A stretch of 62,199 nt of DNA, filler included, from Gonapodya sp. JEL0774 (Eukaryota): NCBI GenBank assembly GCA_027604505.1. It is 19 parts of 19 records of this genome, joined end to end, with 100 filler letters (N's around TTAATTAATTAA, not from the genome) between each part and the next. Parts side by side here need not be neighbours in the genome. Positions count along the whole stretch, not along the records: positions 49,220 to 52,391 come from JADIIX010001425.1; positions 52,492 to 55,663 come from JADIIX010001426.1; positions 55,764 to 58,932 come from JADIIX010001427.1; positions 59,033 to 62,199 come from JADIIX010001428.1; 15 more parts are not named here. One strand, 5' to 3'. The position numbers were made by a program, and so were the translations under genes. Below are positions 49,370-61,228 of this stretch, piece after piece. Within the stretch, counting starts at the first letter, position 1, and every line of letters begins with the position of its first letter. The notes below the pieces were generated by a model. That model saw only the letters and a list, made by a program, of their open reading frames with translations, made no database searches and was not told where the DNA came from.

Positions 49370-51358
49370 TCATGTGTGGTCTATCTTCCGTTTTTCCCCC
49401 AGGGACAGGCTGGATGTTCCAACACACACTGGGAAGACACACTTGCTGCTGAGGTATGTTCCATCGACAAGCAACTTCCCCTTTGCAGTCGCCTTGACAA
49501 ATCTCTGTTGCCTCACAAACCCCTTTGTTCCAGGCGTGTGCTTTACTGTCTCAGCCAGGAGACCTGATCCAACTAGTTTCAGGAGGATGAGCATCAACTC
49601 ATTGTTTGTGACGATGATATCTTGTTTTGAAGCCGAGAGGAATACAGTGAGTTTGTCCAAGTCATTCGCCTGGATTGACTTTTTGACGACAGTACTCCTT
49701 GCCCCGTTGAAGATGTGCACTATGTCATCCCAAGATACCTCGTCATTTGGGGGAACAGCGAAATTTCCCGCCACATCAGTCTCACTGCTCTCTAGGACAA
49801 CCACCACCTCAATCATTTGTCAAGCATCAGCCATTACTGATGGGTAGGTGAGTGAATGGTGACCAATCAGTTGGTTGACAACACAGTTACCACATGCATG
49901 TGTTCCAGAACACTCCCATTCCTTCGAATTGTCCACATATGGTTCACCTGGCCGCTTCTCATGGAATGCGAGGATGTATTTTAGGCAGTCTTTCTTGGTG
50001 AGTGCGAGATATTCCACCTTTGCAATCACATCTTGTCTCCTCTTCACCATGTTTGCGTATTGTGCGTCATGTGTCACCTGTTCCAGCAGCTTCTTTACCA
50101 AAACAGTCGAGTTTCTGGAGGCACAATGCACTGACAAGAATTATACAGTCCACCTCCACTCCCTCCTTCTGAGCAGCCCTACCAGTCTGCTGTACCATGG
50201 TCTTGAGAGAACCAGTGGTGCCTGTGTGGATGACAGTCTGTACTCCAGGTAAGTCTACTCCAACTCAGAAAGCATCTATTACAAATGCAAGTGGCTCAGC
50301 AGATTTAGTGATCCCCTCAAGATTAGCAGCCCTCTCCGAAGTGGTGAGTTTCCTGTGGTAGACAAATATTTCCCTTCGCTTACAAACACCTTTATTGTGG
50401 ATCCATGTACTCAATTTTTTGCATACCTTTGTGCTAACACAGAACACTAGGACTCCTCTCAAACGCCATGCAGGTTGGGTTGAGGGTGGATCGACAGGAA
50501 TGGAGTGCCCTTGGTACTGGTGAGTTCTGCCGGTTTGTCGGCATTGCTTGAGGATATGTTTTCTGTTTTGGCAGAAGCCTGCAGAGCTTAAAGAAGACCC
50601 TCTTCAAGTTGCTGCCCCACCCTAACCACAGAATACTGTACTTTTGGACAAATGAAAGTTGGCTCTTTGTATATGTCAAGACTCTCCAATGGGATTTGCA
50701 TATTTTTGGTGAGTAAATCAGTCTGCTCATCCATCAAAGTTGCTGACATCAACACTATCGGGACCTCTGGGAACTAAGTACGGAGCTCTTGCAACTCTTG
50801 GTAATCTGGGCAAAGGAGGGACTGTTCGTCCATCAGGTGAGCTTCATCAATCACAAATGCACAAATTCCTTGCTGAATATGCAATTCATCCACCAATGCC
50901 GATACAGAGTGATTCTGAATGAATTTCTCCAGGGTATAGAATGCAATTTTCACCTTCCCTGTTGTAAAGTCCTTTGCAGATTGGAACTCAGCAGCAGATT
51001 TCATGCTGGCAACTGAAAGAGCAGCAAAGCCTTGTTGCCACAAGTTTTGCGCACTGTTTTCACACAAAGAAACCATTGGTGCAAACACAATAGTGAGTTT
51101 GCCTGTTAGAAGCGCTGGTATTTGGTAACACAGGGATTTGCCCATTCCAGTAGGTGCCCTTACTACAACATTATTGCCATGTGCAAAGGCTATTGTGGCT
51201 GGAAACTGGATGCTCCAAAACTCTGACACATGAAACACGCTCTTGGCAATGAATTTGATACTTTCCTCTAATGTCCATGTGACAAAATGGAGATCAAACC
51301 GGGCAGCATATTGAATGAAAGCTGTACTGAACAAACCTGGTATCCTGTGTCTACACAA
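49370..51358 (-). pseudogene. RecQ-like SF2 helicase pseudogene, probably transposon-borne
   Basis: APTGMGKSLCYQIPAL (I), VIDEAH (II), LMSATL (III), GVLVFC (IV), AF*VGVDLPGVQTVIH (V), MVQQTGRAAQ (VI) and a Cys cluster C..ECSGTHACGNC; several in-frame stops and frameshifts. Confidence 0.85.
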
Positions 51359-51999
51359 GAACTTGGACCATCAATTACGCAATTCTGTGGGCAAGCCCAA
51401 ATACACCGTTGTGTGAAGCATGCATTGCAAAGTCCATATCCCCAGGCACGTGCAAATTTAGAACGCTATAAGCAGAGGAGCTCCGAAGGCATGTGACTCA
51501 AAAACGAGGACCAACTTTGAAGTGAAAGCAGCGCTTTCTGCTCTTTATCAGCTCAAGCATCTTTGTACGCAACAAGATATGGAACACTCTGCACACTGTC
51601 TCTTGACTCCACAACCTTTTTTTTCTTGTCCACAGTTGTCTTCGCAATCATGTCTTGGTTGCGCTTTCTTCACTGATCAATAACAGCTTCCTATTGTGAT
51701 AAATTTCTTTCATCAGAATGGGAGAATGAAAAGCCAGCTAAATCTTGGCCAATCTGCATCAAGCCATGATAGCCTTGACAAACAAGCACCCAAATTGTAT
51801 GAGCGTTACACAGCTCACATGATTGACAAGTTGGAACTCACCTAATGAATGTGTGAAAATGACCATTGCATTACAAGTAGTGCATGACACTTTATGGTCA
51901 ATCTCTTTGCTGTGAAACGCATTGCACAGTTGGTGGAATGAATCGAGCCATACTGTGAAGTTCAGTCCTCCAGAGTACAGTGTAAAGATTTTGAGTGCT

Positions 52000-52116
52000 G
52001 AGACAGCAGCTGATATGCACCATGCATTGGCACACTTGCGTTTGGGGCATGTGAATTCTCGTGATCTGGAGTCGATGATAAGACCAGGTGTGAAGTTCCT
52101 ATGGTGTTGGAGATAA
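52000..52116 (+). mobile_element. Degenerate Copia GAG-pre-integrase fragment
   Basis: ALAHLRLGHVNSRDLESM resembles the WHxRLGH motif. Confidence 0.4.
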
Positions 52117-52491
52117 TGCCATAATTATTTGTATATGGCGCAGACTTGGTCTATGGGACATTTGGGAGTCTTGGTAAAATGGGGTGTGTTTCGTAATCAT
52201 GATGAGTCAACAGGCCACAGCAGAACTCAGCAGATTTCACATATAAGCAGCTCATTTTCCCATGTAGTGTGTGTGAGAAAAAGACAAGTCAAGTTTCAAC
52301 AGGTTATGAGCCCGGCTGCTCAACTTTGAAGATCTGGACGTTTTGGACGATTGACAACAATAAGTGGTATCTGAGCCGTTTAGCCGGAATTNNNNNNNNN
52401 NNNNNNNNNNNNNNNNNNNNNNNNNNNNNNNNNNNTTAATTAATTAANNNNNNNNNNNNNNNNNNNNNNNNNNNNNNNNNNNNNNNNNNNN

Positions 52492-55400
52492 CGGTCTTCC
52501 AAAAGAGTACCGCTCGAAGTTAGACATGGCGGGACTGCTACTCACGCAGGGGACACTCACCATGGAATTGTTCCGTATGATGTTGGTCAAGGCGGAACAG
52601 CAAATTGCGAGGGATGATAGTCAACTGGATGAGGTCGGAAAGACATTCTTGAGCACGCAGAACTCACCTTGGTCTGGCACGTCAAGCTCAACTTCCAAAC
52701 ACTTCCACGGCAACTGCAACAAATGCGGTACTTACGGTGACATGGCGTGTGATTGTAGGAAGAAGAAACTGCGGCAGAATGGCGATCATGGTGGTGATCA
52801 TTCGAAGAAGAATGGGGGAGGCGGGGGCAGCGGCAGTGGCGGGAAAGGCAAGGAGAGGAACGGAGGGTTCGTGAATCAAATGGACACTCACGTATTTGCC
52901 ATCTCAGCAATGGACACTCGCGCCACTCACCAGAAACGCTCTCAGGCGGAGTTGATATGGGACTCTGGTGCGACTCGCAGTATTTCCTGGGACACAGATG
53001 ATTTCGATGACTTGAAGCAGATCGAGCAGGCAGGGGTGACGATTCCAGATGGAGGAATGTTGGAAGTGAAAGGTGTTGAAACGATGAACATTACTATGGT
53101 GGACCAAACAGGAAAGCCAAACAGCATTCTGAAACTCACAAACTCACTGTATGCACCGTCGTCACACATCAAGGTCGTCTTGCACTCTTCTTTTGCCAAC
53201 AGGGGTTGTGAAGTTGTTTGAAGAGGTCACGGCCTAGAAATCACAAAGGACAGTAATCATATCTGTTTCATCAACCAGATCCCGGGGACTCGTTTGTACG
53301 CGGTTCAAGGATATCCAACTCACCTCGGTACACCTCCAGACTGTCTACTCATCAGTATCTCGGATACTTCAGCAACAGTTGATCCTGCTCTCTTGTGGCA
53401 CGAACGTTTTGGGCATCAGTCACCCAAGCGGATCTGGAAAACTATCGGCGAAGTATATGTTAGTGGCCTGAATATCAAGACACCAATGGACATTGCAGTG
53501 GTGTGTCAACAATGTATGGAAGGGAAACAAACTTACATGTGCTCGCATTGGAAAACTTCCGATGGTCCTCGGTCTCATGCATATGGATTTGGGGCAGGCA
53601 AACGCTCTTTCTGTGGAGAATGCACGATACTGGTTAACCATTGTGGATGACTACACAAGCAAAGTATGGACTTACGGACTCACCAGAAAAGGGAATGCCG
53701 CGAAGGCATTTGACGCTTGGAATGTGTGGGTTGAACGGCAGACCGGGGAGAAGTTGAAGGCCGTACAAGTGGACAAGGGCGGCGAGTTTATGGCTGCAGA
53801 ATTCGCTGGTCGCCTGGAGAAAGAGGGAGTGCAAGTGTTTAAAACTGTTACGGACACTTCTGCGCAGAACGGAGTTGCGGAGCGAATCAACAGGCTCGTT
53901 GGTGAAGGAACACGTACCTTGCTCGCATCCTCTGGACTTCCTCTGAAATACTGGACTCTCGCGATGGACGCTTTCGTTTACGTTAGGAATCGAACCGTCG
54001 TGGAGAAACACAGGATGACGCCGGAGGAAACTTTCACTGGAAGGAAACCCGATGTCAGTCACCTACGTATCTTCGGTTGCGACGCTTACCTTCAGATTCA
54101 CGACAAAAAGAGAAGGAAATTAGATCCGAGATCCATGAAGCTTGTGATGGTCGCTTATGCTGAGCAGGATGGGATGAAGGGATATCGATTGCTTGACAGA
54201 GAGACGGGAAAGTTTTACACAGGCAGCACGAGGGACACCATCTTTGATGAAGCCACTCACGTCAGAAAAACGTTTCCTCAACTCTCCGACGATTCCCTGG
54301 TCGACAGACTCCAAGACGCGGTTGCCGACCTTCCGAACACATCGTCAGCTGGTACTGAAACCGATCAGAGGGACCTCCCGGAGCCACGAGGCGGCTTTAG
54401 GAGGGCTGGAGAGCGATTAATGGACGATGATGGATTGGTGCGGTCGTCTGGGGGAGATTTGGGTGATGGGGGAATCGAGATACCTCGCAGGAGTGGGCCG
54501 ACTCCTCAGGCCCCTTCCACACCCACCAAGGCCAAGAAATGGGCGAATCTTCCTGCTCGGGAGAAAAGCGTACGTTTTCGGTCACAGCCGGATTTCTTTG
54601 GAAAAGATTCGGACTCTGTGAGCTGGATGCAATTGGAAGGTGAATACATCAATGTTGTTCAGGACAACATTCCTGATGCATTCTTCGATGCGGTGGAACA
54701 GGAGCTTCAAAAGATGAAAAAGTACAACGTCTTCGAGAAGCTGGACGAATCCGAGATGGATGAAAAGTCCGTGGAAACTCGTTTTGTTTTGACAGAGAAG
54801 CTGCTGTCACAAGATGAGATGAAACGCAAGGCTCGGCTCGTTGCTAGGGGATACCAGGAAACCAACGGCGCGGGAACGGACAATTACTCGCCTGTTGCAC
54901 ACACTGAATCACTGCAAATGTTAATCGCGCTCTCAGCATTACATGGATGGAATGTGGAGCAAATTGACTTCGACACTGCGTTCCTTCAATCAAGGGATCT
55001 GGACCCTGAGGAACAAGTCATCGTGCAACTTCCGACAGGCATCCCGGCGTATATTCTGGATAAGTTTGCATTCACAGATGGCGAGAAGTTGAGACTGAAG
55101 AAGCCGCTGTATGGGTTGCAGCGGAGCCCTCTTTTGTGGAATCGAACTTTATCGGACTATCTTGTTGAAATGGGGTATCATCCAACTGAGAAGGATCCCT
55201 GTTTATTCGTCAAGTCGGACTCTACTACATTTCTTTTATTCCACGTGGACGACATGTTCATGGTGGAAAAGCGAGGGAGCGGTGGGATCCAGGATACCAA
55301 GGGTCTCCTCGCAGCACGATTTGACTTTCGGGAAATCGGTAAACCTCAATCATTTCTCGGCTGGGAATTCGTTTTTGAAGATGGAAAAATCTGGGTGCAT

Positions 55401-55663
55401 CAGCGAACGTATGTCGAGAAAATGATGGAGCGTCTCGGTATGGGGGAGGTCAGAACCTCAAGGACACCGATGCATGACGCGAAGGATCTTCACTTGGATC
55501 GCAGCATACCACGCGGCGAAGATCGTTCTGAGCTCGATGGATTTCAGTTTCGTGAAGCAATCGGGAGTCTCATGTGGTTGGGAAAGGGGACAAGACCGGA
55601 CATTCTCTTTTCAACCAGCTACTATGCTCGCTTCCAAGACACATTCAGTATGTGGCACTGGGA
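52492..55663 (+). mobile_element. Ty1/Copia LTR retrotransposon gag-pol, inactivated, truncated at both ends
   Basis: Zn knuckle CNKCGTYGDMACDC, protease WDSGAT, LLWHERFGH, integrase HMDL/VDDYT/DKGGEF/QNGVAER, RT KARLVARGY..FHVDDM. Integrase precedes RT (Copia order). Stop at 53219-53221 and a frameshift near 53535. Confidence 0.96.
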
Positions 55664-56098
55664 NNNNNNNNNNNNNNNNNNNNNNNNNNNNNNNNNNNNN
55701 NNNNNNNTTAATTAATTAANNNNNNNNNNNNNNNNNNNNNNNNNNNNNNNNNNNNNNNNNNNNGAAACGCTTCCGAAGCGATCATAATGGTCATATCCAT
55801 TATAAGAGCGTCTACATACAGGGTTATTTCGACCTTCCGTTGTCCTCCTGAATCATCATGTGTCACCATCAGGAGCAGACGTACACGGACGTGTTCACGT
55901 ACAGATCACGCAACATGTGAATGCTCAATTCCATGCGCCGTCCATCCAGTTCGTATATGTACACATCGTATAGGCTTTTGTACACTGGGGGACATGCGGG
56001 ACTCGGTGCCGTATGTGACGGGATCGCACATCCGTTCCGGTCTCCTCTTTCGATAGAGGCTGATCGGTGACCACTTGATTCAGATTCCGAATCCGAGC

Positions 56099-56105
56099 TA
56101 TAAAA
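56099..56105 (+). promoter_or_regulatory. Candidate TATA box
   Basis: TATAAAA about 50 bp upstream of the lipase ATG. Confidence 0.35.
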
Positions 56106-56153
56106 ACTCAGCATTTAATCCTCGCGGACTTGTCTCTAAGAACTCGCTCGACG

Positions 56154-57885
56154 ATGCTCACTCCACTCCGCACCGCACTCCTCATAGTTGTGTACCTGGC
56201 CCTTTTCGCGCCGCCGGTGATCACCTCCCCTGTCCATCGCCGCCACGAAGAGGCCATCGCCAAAATTAAAGCCGCCTACGCGATTGGCAAGGAGAAATGG
56301 GACACGGGGTTGGCCGTGAACGTTTTCAACAGCTCGTTCTACGCGAACCCAAAGAACTGGTCCGCTGAAAACTCCAAGCCGGGTCAGCTTCTCAAGTTCG
56401 AGCAGATTTCGAGGAGCTCGCTGGACGCGCAGTACGGGTATCCTCCGGGGATGACACTGTTTCGCATGCTGTACACGTCAACGGACATCGCATTGAAAGT
56501 GGGTCCAGGTGGCGTTCTTGCGCTGTTACGTCTTGAGTGCACGCAATTTCTGACTAATGTACCTCAATTACCATCCTGCCTAAACTCTACCTACCCCTAG
56601 GTCGTTCCCGCGAGTGCTTTCATTCTTCTACCGTTCACCGCGGGCAACTCCTCCGTCTTCAAATCGCTTGTCTGGGCACACGGCACGTCTGGAATCACCC
56701 GCGACTGTGCTCCCTCCCTGCTCCGTTCTCTGTACTACGACTTCTCTGGTCCCTTTAGCTTTGCTCTCGCCGGCTTTGCTGTGATCGGCGTCGACTACGC
56801 CGTGAGAATGTGGCTCGCTGCTCATTTTTCATGCTTACTCTTCTCACTAGCTTTGTCTCAAAATTTTAGGGCGAAGGCAGTGACACTCAGTTCAACTATG
56901 TCGCTGGTGCAAGCCACGGAGACGACGTCTCCTACGGTTTCATGGCGGCCAAGAAGACTCCCATCGGAAAGTTCCTCTCCAATCAGTGGGCAGTGATTGG
57001 TCACAGCGAGGGCGGTCTGTCCGCCTGGGCGACCAACGAACGCGAGGCCGTGCGTCCCACCCCTGGCTTCCTCGGCTCCGTCTCGGTGGCACCGGCGATC
57101 TGGGCCCGCGACCCGATCGACACCAAGACGTTCGATTTGGATGCCATCTACAAAGCAGACAACGGAACGTCCAATATTACGCTCGCCAAGGACGTGCAGT
57201 ACGACATCAAACTGGACACCCCCATCACGGATACGGGACTGTACTACGTTGTTTATACGTTCGAGTCGATCGCTCGTCTGGCCAACAGCAGCTTCAAGGC
57301 CGAAAGCTACTACACGCCTGAAGGACTCGCGACACGGGACTTGCTGCTCAAAGGAGGCTGTTATAGTAGGTGCCCTCGTTTGAATTTTGATGATCGATCT
57401 CATCCTCCTCCTTCTGACCCTTCTCGGTAAACATGCGATCAACAGTCGCCGGCCAATGGGCGACGGCCAATGCAACGATTGATAGCCTGTTCAAGGACCT
57501 GAGCTGGTTCACGAGCACCTGGCGCGATGAGTGGATCGACAAAATCGGCTCCCGTGGCGAAGGCAAACTCGCCAAGCCCATGCTTCTGGTCCAAAGCGTG
57601 GACGACGAGGTCGTGACCTACACGGGACCCTTGGTCGCCTTCCAGAACAACTGCGCGCTCAATAAGGACAGTAAGATCCTCTTGTCGGCGTACAGCGGGT
57701 ACCAGCACACGCCAACCATGTACGCGGCGTACACCGAGTACGTGGCGTTCTTGAACGCGCTCTTTGCGAACTCTACGAGTGGAATTCCGACCCGGTGTGC
57801 CATGAAGACGACGAACCCGACCGTGTTGGGTGCGACGGGAACGAACGAGTATTTTATCACTGATTATTCCACGCAGCCGATATAG
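56154..57885 (+). CDS. Secreted lipase (LIP-type alpha/beta hydrolase)
   Basis: Signal peptide MLTPLRTALLIVVYLALFAPPVITS; MLYTSTD..VPASAFILLP..VWAHGTSG..CAPS..DYA-G; nucleophile motif GHSEGG; PMLLVQSVDDEVV; three introns. Confidence 0.88.
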
Positions 57886-58175
57886 AGAACGGAGTGCAGC
57901 ATGCAAGACGCCGGTTCTTGTGCGATTATTTTTGGCTCGTTTATGATTCTTTTCGATGTGCTTTATTGTAGGAATTCGCGGGTTGTCAATGAATGAATTC
58001 TCACTCAACATAGTGACATTCCGTCTGCTATTATAAAGGATATTTCGCGAGAATCCCCAATTCGCGAGTCTGTTGCGGATTGAATGTAGTAGTGACATTG
58101 CCAAATATGGGAGAATTGGAGCCGCAGGTTTCCACCCTCACCTGTTCAACCCCCTTTCGCCCCTTTCCACCAACA

Positions 58176-58932
58176 ATGTTCGGTCGTTTGGCTTCCAGTA
58201 CCGGTCCGTTCTACCACTTCCCACCCGTTTCCCCACACCTTGTTTCCATCTGTCTTCCCCCGCCATCTCACTTCATCCTTCCATATATCCTACATGTAAT
58301 CCCAGCCCGCCGCGCCTCTGTCCGCCTTGTCTCGACCGCCAGCGCCAGCGCCCGAGCCGGAGCCGGCACACCGTACCGACCTCGTGGTGCTGCTCTCGCA
58401 AGTGCGGTGGTTGCCGGAGCGATCGTGTGGTCTGTGACGAACGGAAGGACCGTTTTCGCGGCGGAACAGCACGCGGCACAGGAGTCCATCGCGGGGGAGA
58501 AGGGCGGGATGTGAGTGCGGGAACTAGGTTCTTTTGTAGGGACCTTGCGTGGAACCGTACGCTGATGAGATGAATCGATGCTGTGCCTGGTTCGCGCCGT
58601 TTACTATAACGGCTATCTCGGTGATTGTACTTCTGCACCGACGTTCGCCAGTGAACGCACCTTCATCGCCATAAAACCCGACGGCGTACAACGCGGGCTG
58701 GTCTCTGAAATCATCGGCAGGTTCGAGCGCAAGGGATACAAGCTCGTGGCGATCAAGAGTGTGGTGCCGTCAAAGTGAGTCGACTTGTAACTCTCACGGT
58801 ATTATATTCACATAGTGCGGTGGAGCTCACAGCCCGTTGTTTTCGGCTCCACTTTGCCTTCACGGTGTGGAAGGGCACTCGCCGAGAAGCACTACGAGGA
58901 CCTCAAGTCCCGTCCGTTCTTCAAAGGTCTCG
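58176..58932 (+). CDS. NDK: Nucleoside diphosphate kinase with N-terminal mitochondrial-type extension, 3' truncated
   Basis: MFGRLASS..Arg/Ala-rich leader and hydrophobic [14 protein letters not shown], then [46 protein letters not shown]. Confidence 0.93.
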
Positions 58933-59883
58933 NNNNNNNNNNNNNNNNNNNNNNNNNNNNNNNNNNNNNNNNNNNNTTAATTAATTAANNNNNNNNNNNN
59001 NNNNNNNNNNNNNNNNNNNNNNNNNNNNNNNNTGGTGGTACAAGGCGTTCGGAATGAGAAGTCATGGACAGTCGCAGAAACACCTTTGATTCACTGTGCT
59101 ACCTGAGAGATCTCCGGCTGCGTACGAAGTGAGGTTTCCAGGAGTGCCTTGGTGTCTGGTGGTGTTGGTGTCTGGGAACGGCGACAGTAGTTTCGCACAC
59201 AGTCAATCCACCTTAAGAATATGCACCATAACTCCCACCAACAGGGTGTGGATCCCACACACTCCCCGCACTTGCACAGTCGCCTGGAGGAATCACTGGG
59301 AGCTCCCGGATCGTCCACAGGTAGGTGTTTTTTCCAACTTGCGGGAGGCCGTATAAAACTTCAACTGAGATTTCGGTGACGTTTCCATGAGAGGGCTCTG
59401 TAAGATTAGATATGGTACGGAATGCGGTCTTGGACTCGAATGGGTAGCTGCCAGGATTGCGTGGCAAGGGCAAATGGAATGAAGTGATGACGTCAGATCG
59501 TATGCCGCTTCATCTTACACAACAGTCCTCGCTTGTACTCAGCAAGAAATAATATTGATAATCACTATATGTTGGCGTAAGCGTATTGTGATGATGGTTG
59601 GATACGTTCGGTTGTTGTGACGAGCTGGCGTCTGATGATCGAACTGCGACCAATTTTGCGAAGGAAGAAGAAGTCCGAGGTAGACTTAGCTGTCACATTC
59701 AACGAAGAGTAGCACAAGAAGAGGAGAGTCGGGATCAGTGCGAAGTATTTGATGAGAATCATTTCCCGATGATCATGTGACTGTGCGGAATATATGGGCA
59801 CGTATGAAATAAAACTTGCTTGATAACAGGTCACCGACTATTATTATACAAAGATTTTAGAAAACTCCGGGAGAGTCACAAAT

Positions 59884-60987
59884 TTAGCCTTCGAATTCAT
59901 CGCTCCACTTTCTTCTCAGATGCTCCAGTTCCACTACATTCTCCCGACCACATGTGAAGGCGCACGTAAAAGCCCAGCGCTCACCACTATCCACCTTTTC
60001 AACCCAATGAACATTTTCCGCGCCTGACGTGAAACTGCTCAACAAACCGTAACTGGGTTCAACAATGGTTCCGTCTTCGAAGAAGAAGCGACCGCCGGTG
60101 AAGTTGGTTGTGAAGGTAGTGAGGTAGATCAGAGCAGTGTACGTGAACGATCCGTATTGAAGTTTATCGATGTGAGGATGCCTGGTCAGTGGAGAGCAGA
60201 CGATGCCATTTGCGACTTCGTGAGGGCAGGAATTGTTTGGAGGCGGAAAGCAATGCAGAGCCAATACTCACCAATACTCATCGTTTTGTGGTCCTTTTAG
60301 ATTCTTACTGTCGGGCACTATTCTCGAAAAGAACATCGGCTTTGTGTACGCCAAGTTCTCAACTCCAAATGTCCCTTCCACCCTCATCTTCACCTCTTCC
60401 GCCACACGTATCACCCCATCAACGACCTCCTTGGGAAACCGATTCCTCATTGCGGTAAATTTTCCAGAAGGCAATGTGATCGCGCCACTGGGAAGGTCGA
60501 ATATAGTAGGGCCAGCGCGTGGCCGGGTTTGATTTAGAGCAAGACGAAAGAGGGAGTTGAGTGGAGAGAGAAGCGACTCAGGAAGGAGAGCGAGATGGCG
60601 ACGGCAAGGGGGAGGTGTACATCCTGAAGTGAAAACGTGATGCTTTATCACTCATCGTCGAAGTATGGTGATTCAAATCAGTGTCCCTTCACCTGCAATG
60701 ACATCCTCTCCCGTCCAAGATCCACCAGAGCACTCCACCTCCCACGTAGCTTCGATGCTTTGATTTGCGGCAATATAAGTGATTGGCCTTTGCGAACTGG
60801 CCTTCACTTTCAGCTGATCCGGTAGTGATGTGGACGGAGATTTGTTCTGGTGAAAGCGGCTTGCAAGGGCCGCCAGAGCCAGTGATCCGATTGCTAGGAG
60901 GAAATATACCCTGGTGTTTTGATTCTCTTTTGGGACGGTGTCCGAAGATGCCGCATGCGCGATTTTGCTACGTTTCGGTTTGGCCAC
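59884..60987 (-). CDS. OGFOD3: 2-oxoglutarate/Fe(II) oxygenase OGFOD3 homolog with N-terminal TM anchor
   Basis: Three exons: TM VYFLLAIGSLALAALA; GCTPPPCRR; PTIFDLPSGA; TKPMFFSRI; DEYW-HPHIDKLQYGSFTYTALIYL..FTGGRF..VEP..FTSGAENVHWVEKV..GERWAFTCAFTC. HxD...H triad and 2OG-binding Arg are present. Confidence 0.88.
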
Positions 60988-61228
60988 GTTTTAGTTGAAT
61001 GATCTCCAGTTACCAACACGAAATCAAACTGCGACTTCGTTCATATGCATCCATGGAAAAGTACTCTGCAGTAAGTATACTCTTACGCATCTTTGCCTTA
61101 CTTATTAAGTGGGACGTCGCAATCCTTACATTTTAAACGGGTATAACCAAGCCAGCAATGTTCAAACCATTAGGACAGCACTCGAGCATTCATATTAAAA
61201 CTATACGATTCAAGAACAAAAAACACTA

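Noticed and set aside
52000..55663. Copia fragment at 52000 being continuous with the Copia gag-pol
   Set aside because: They are separated by a linker, and the pre-integrase motif occurs again at about 53395, so these are different copies.
59033..59880. Short ORFs downstream of OGFOD3
   Set aside because: No coherent gene model or motif found.
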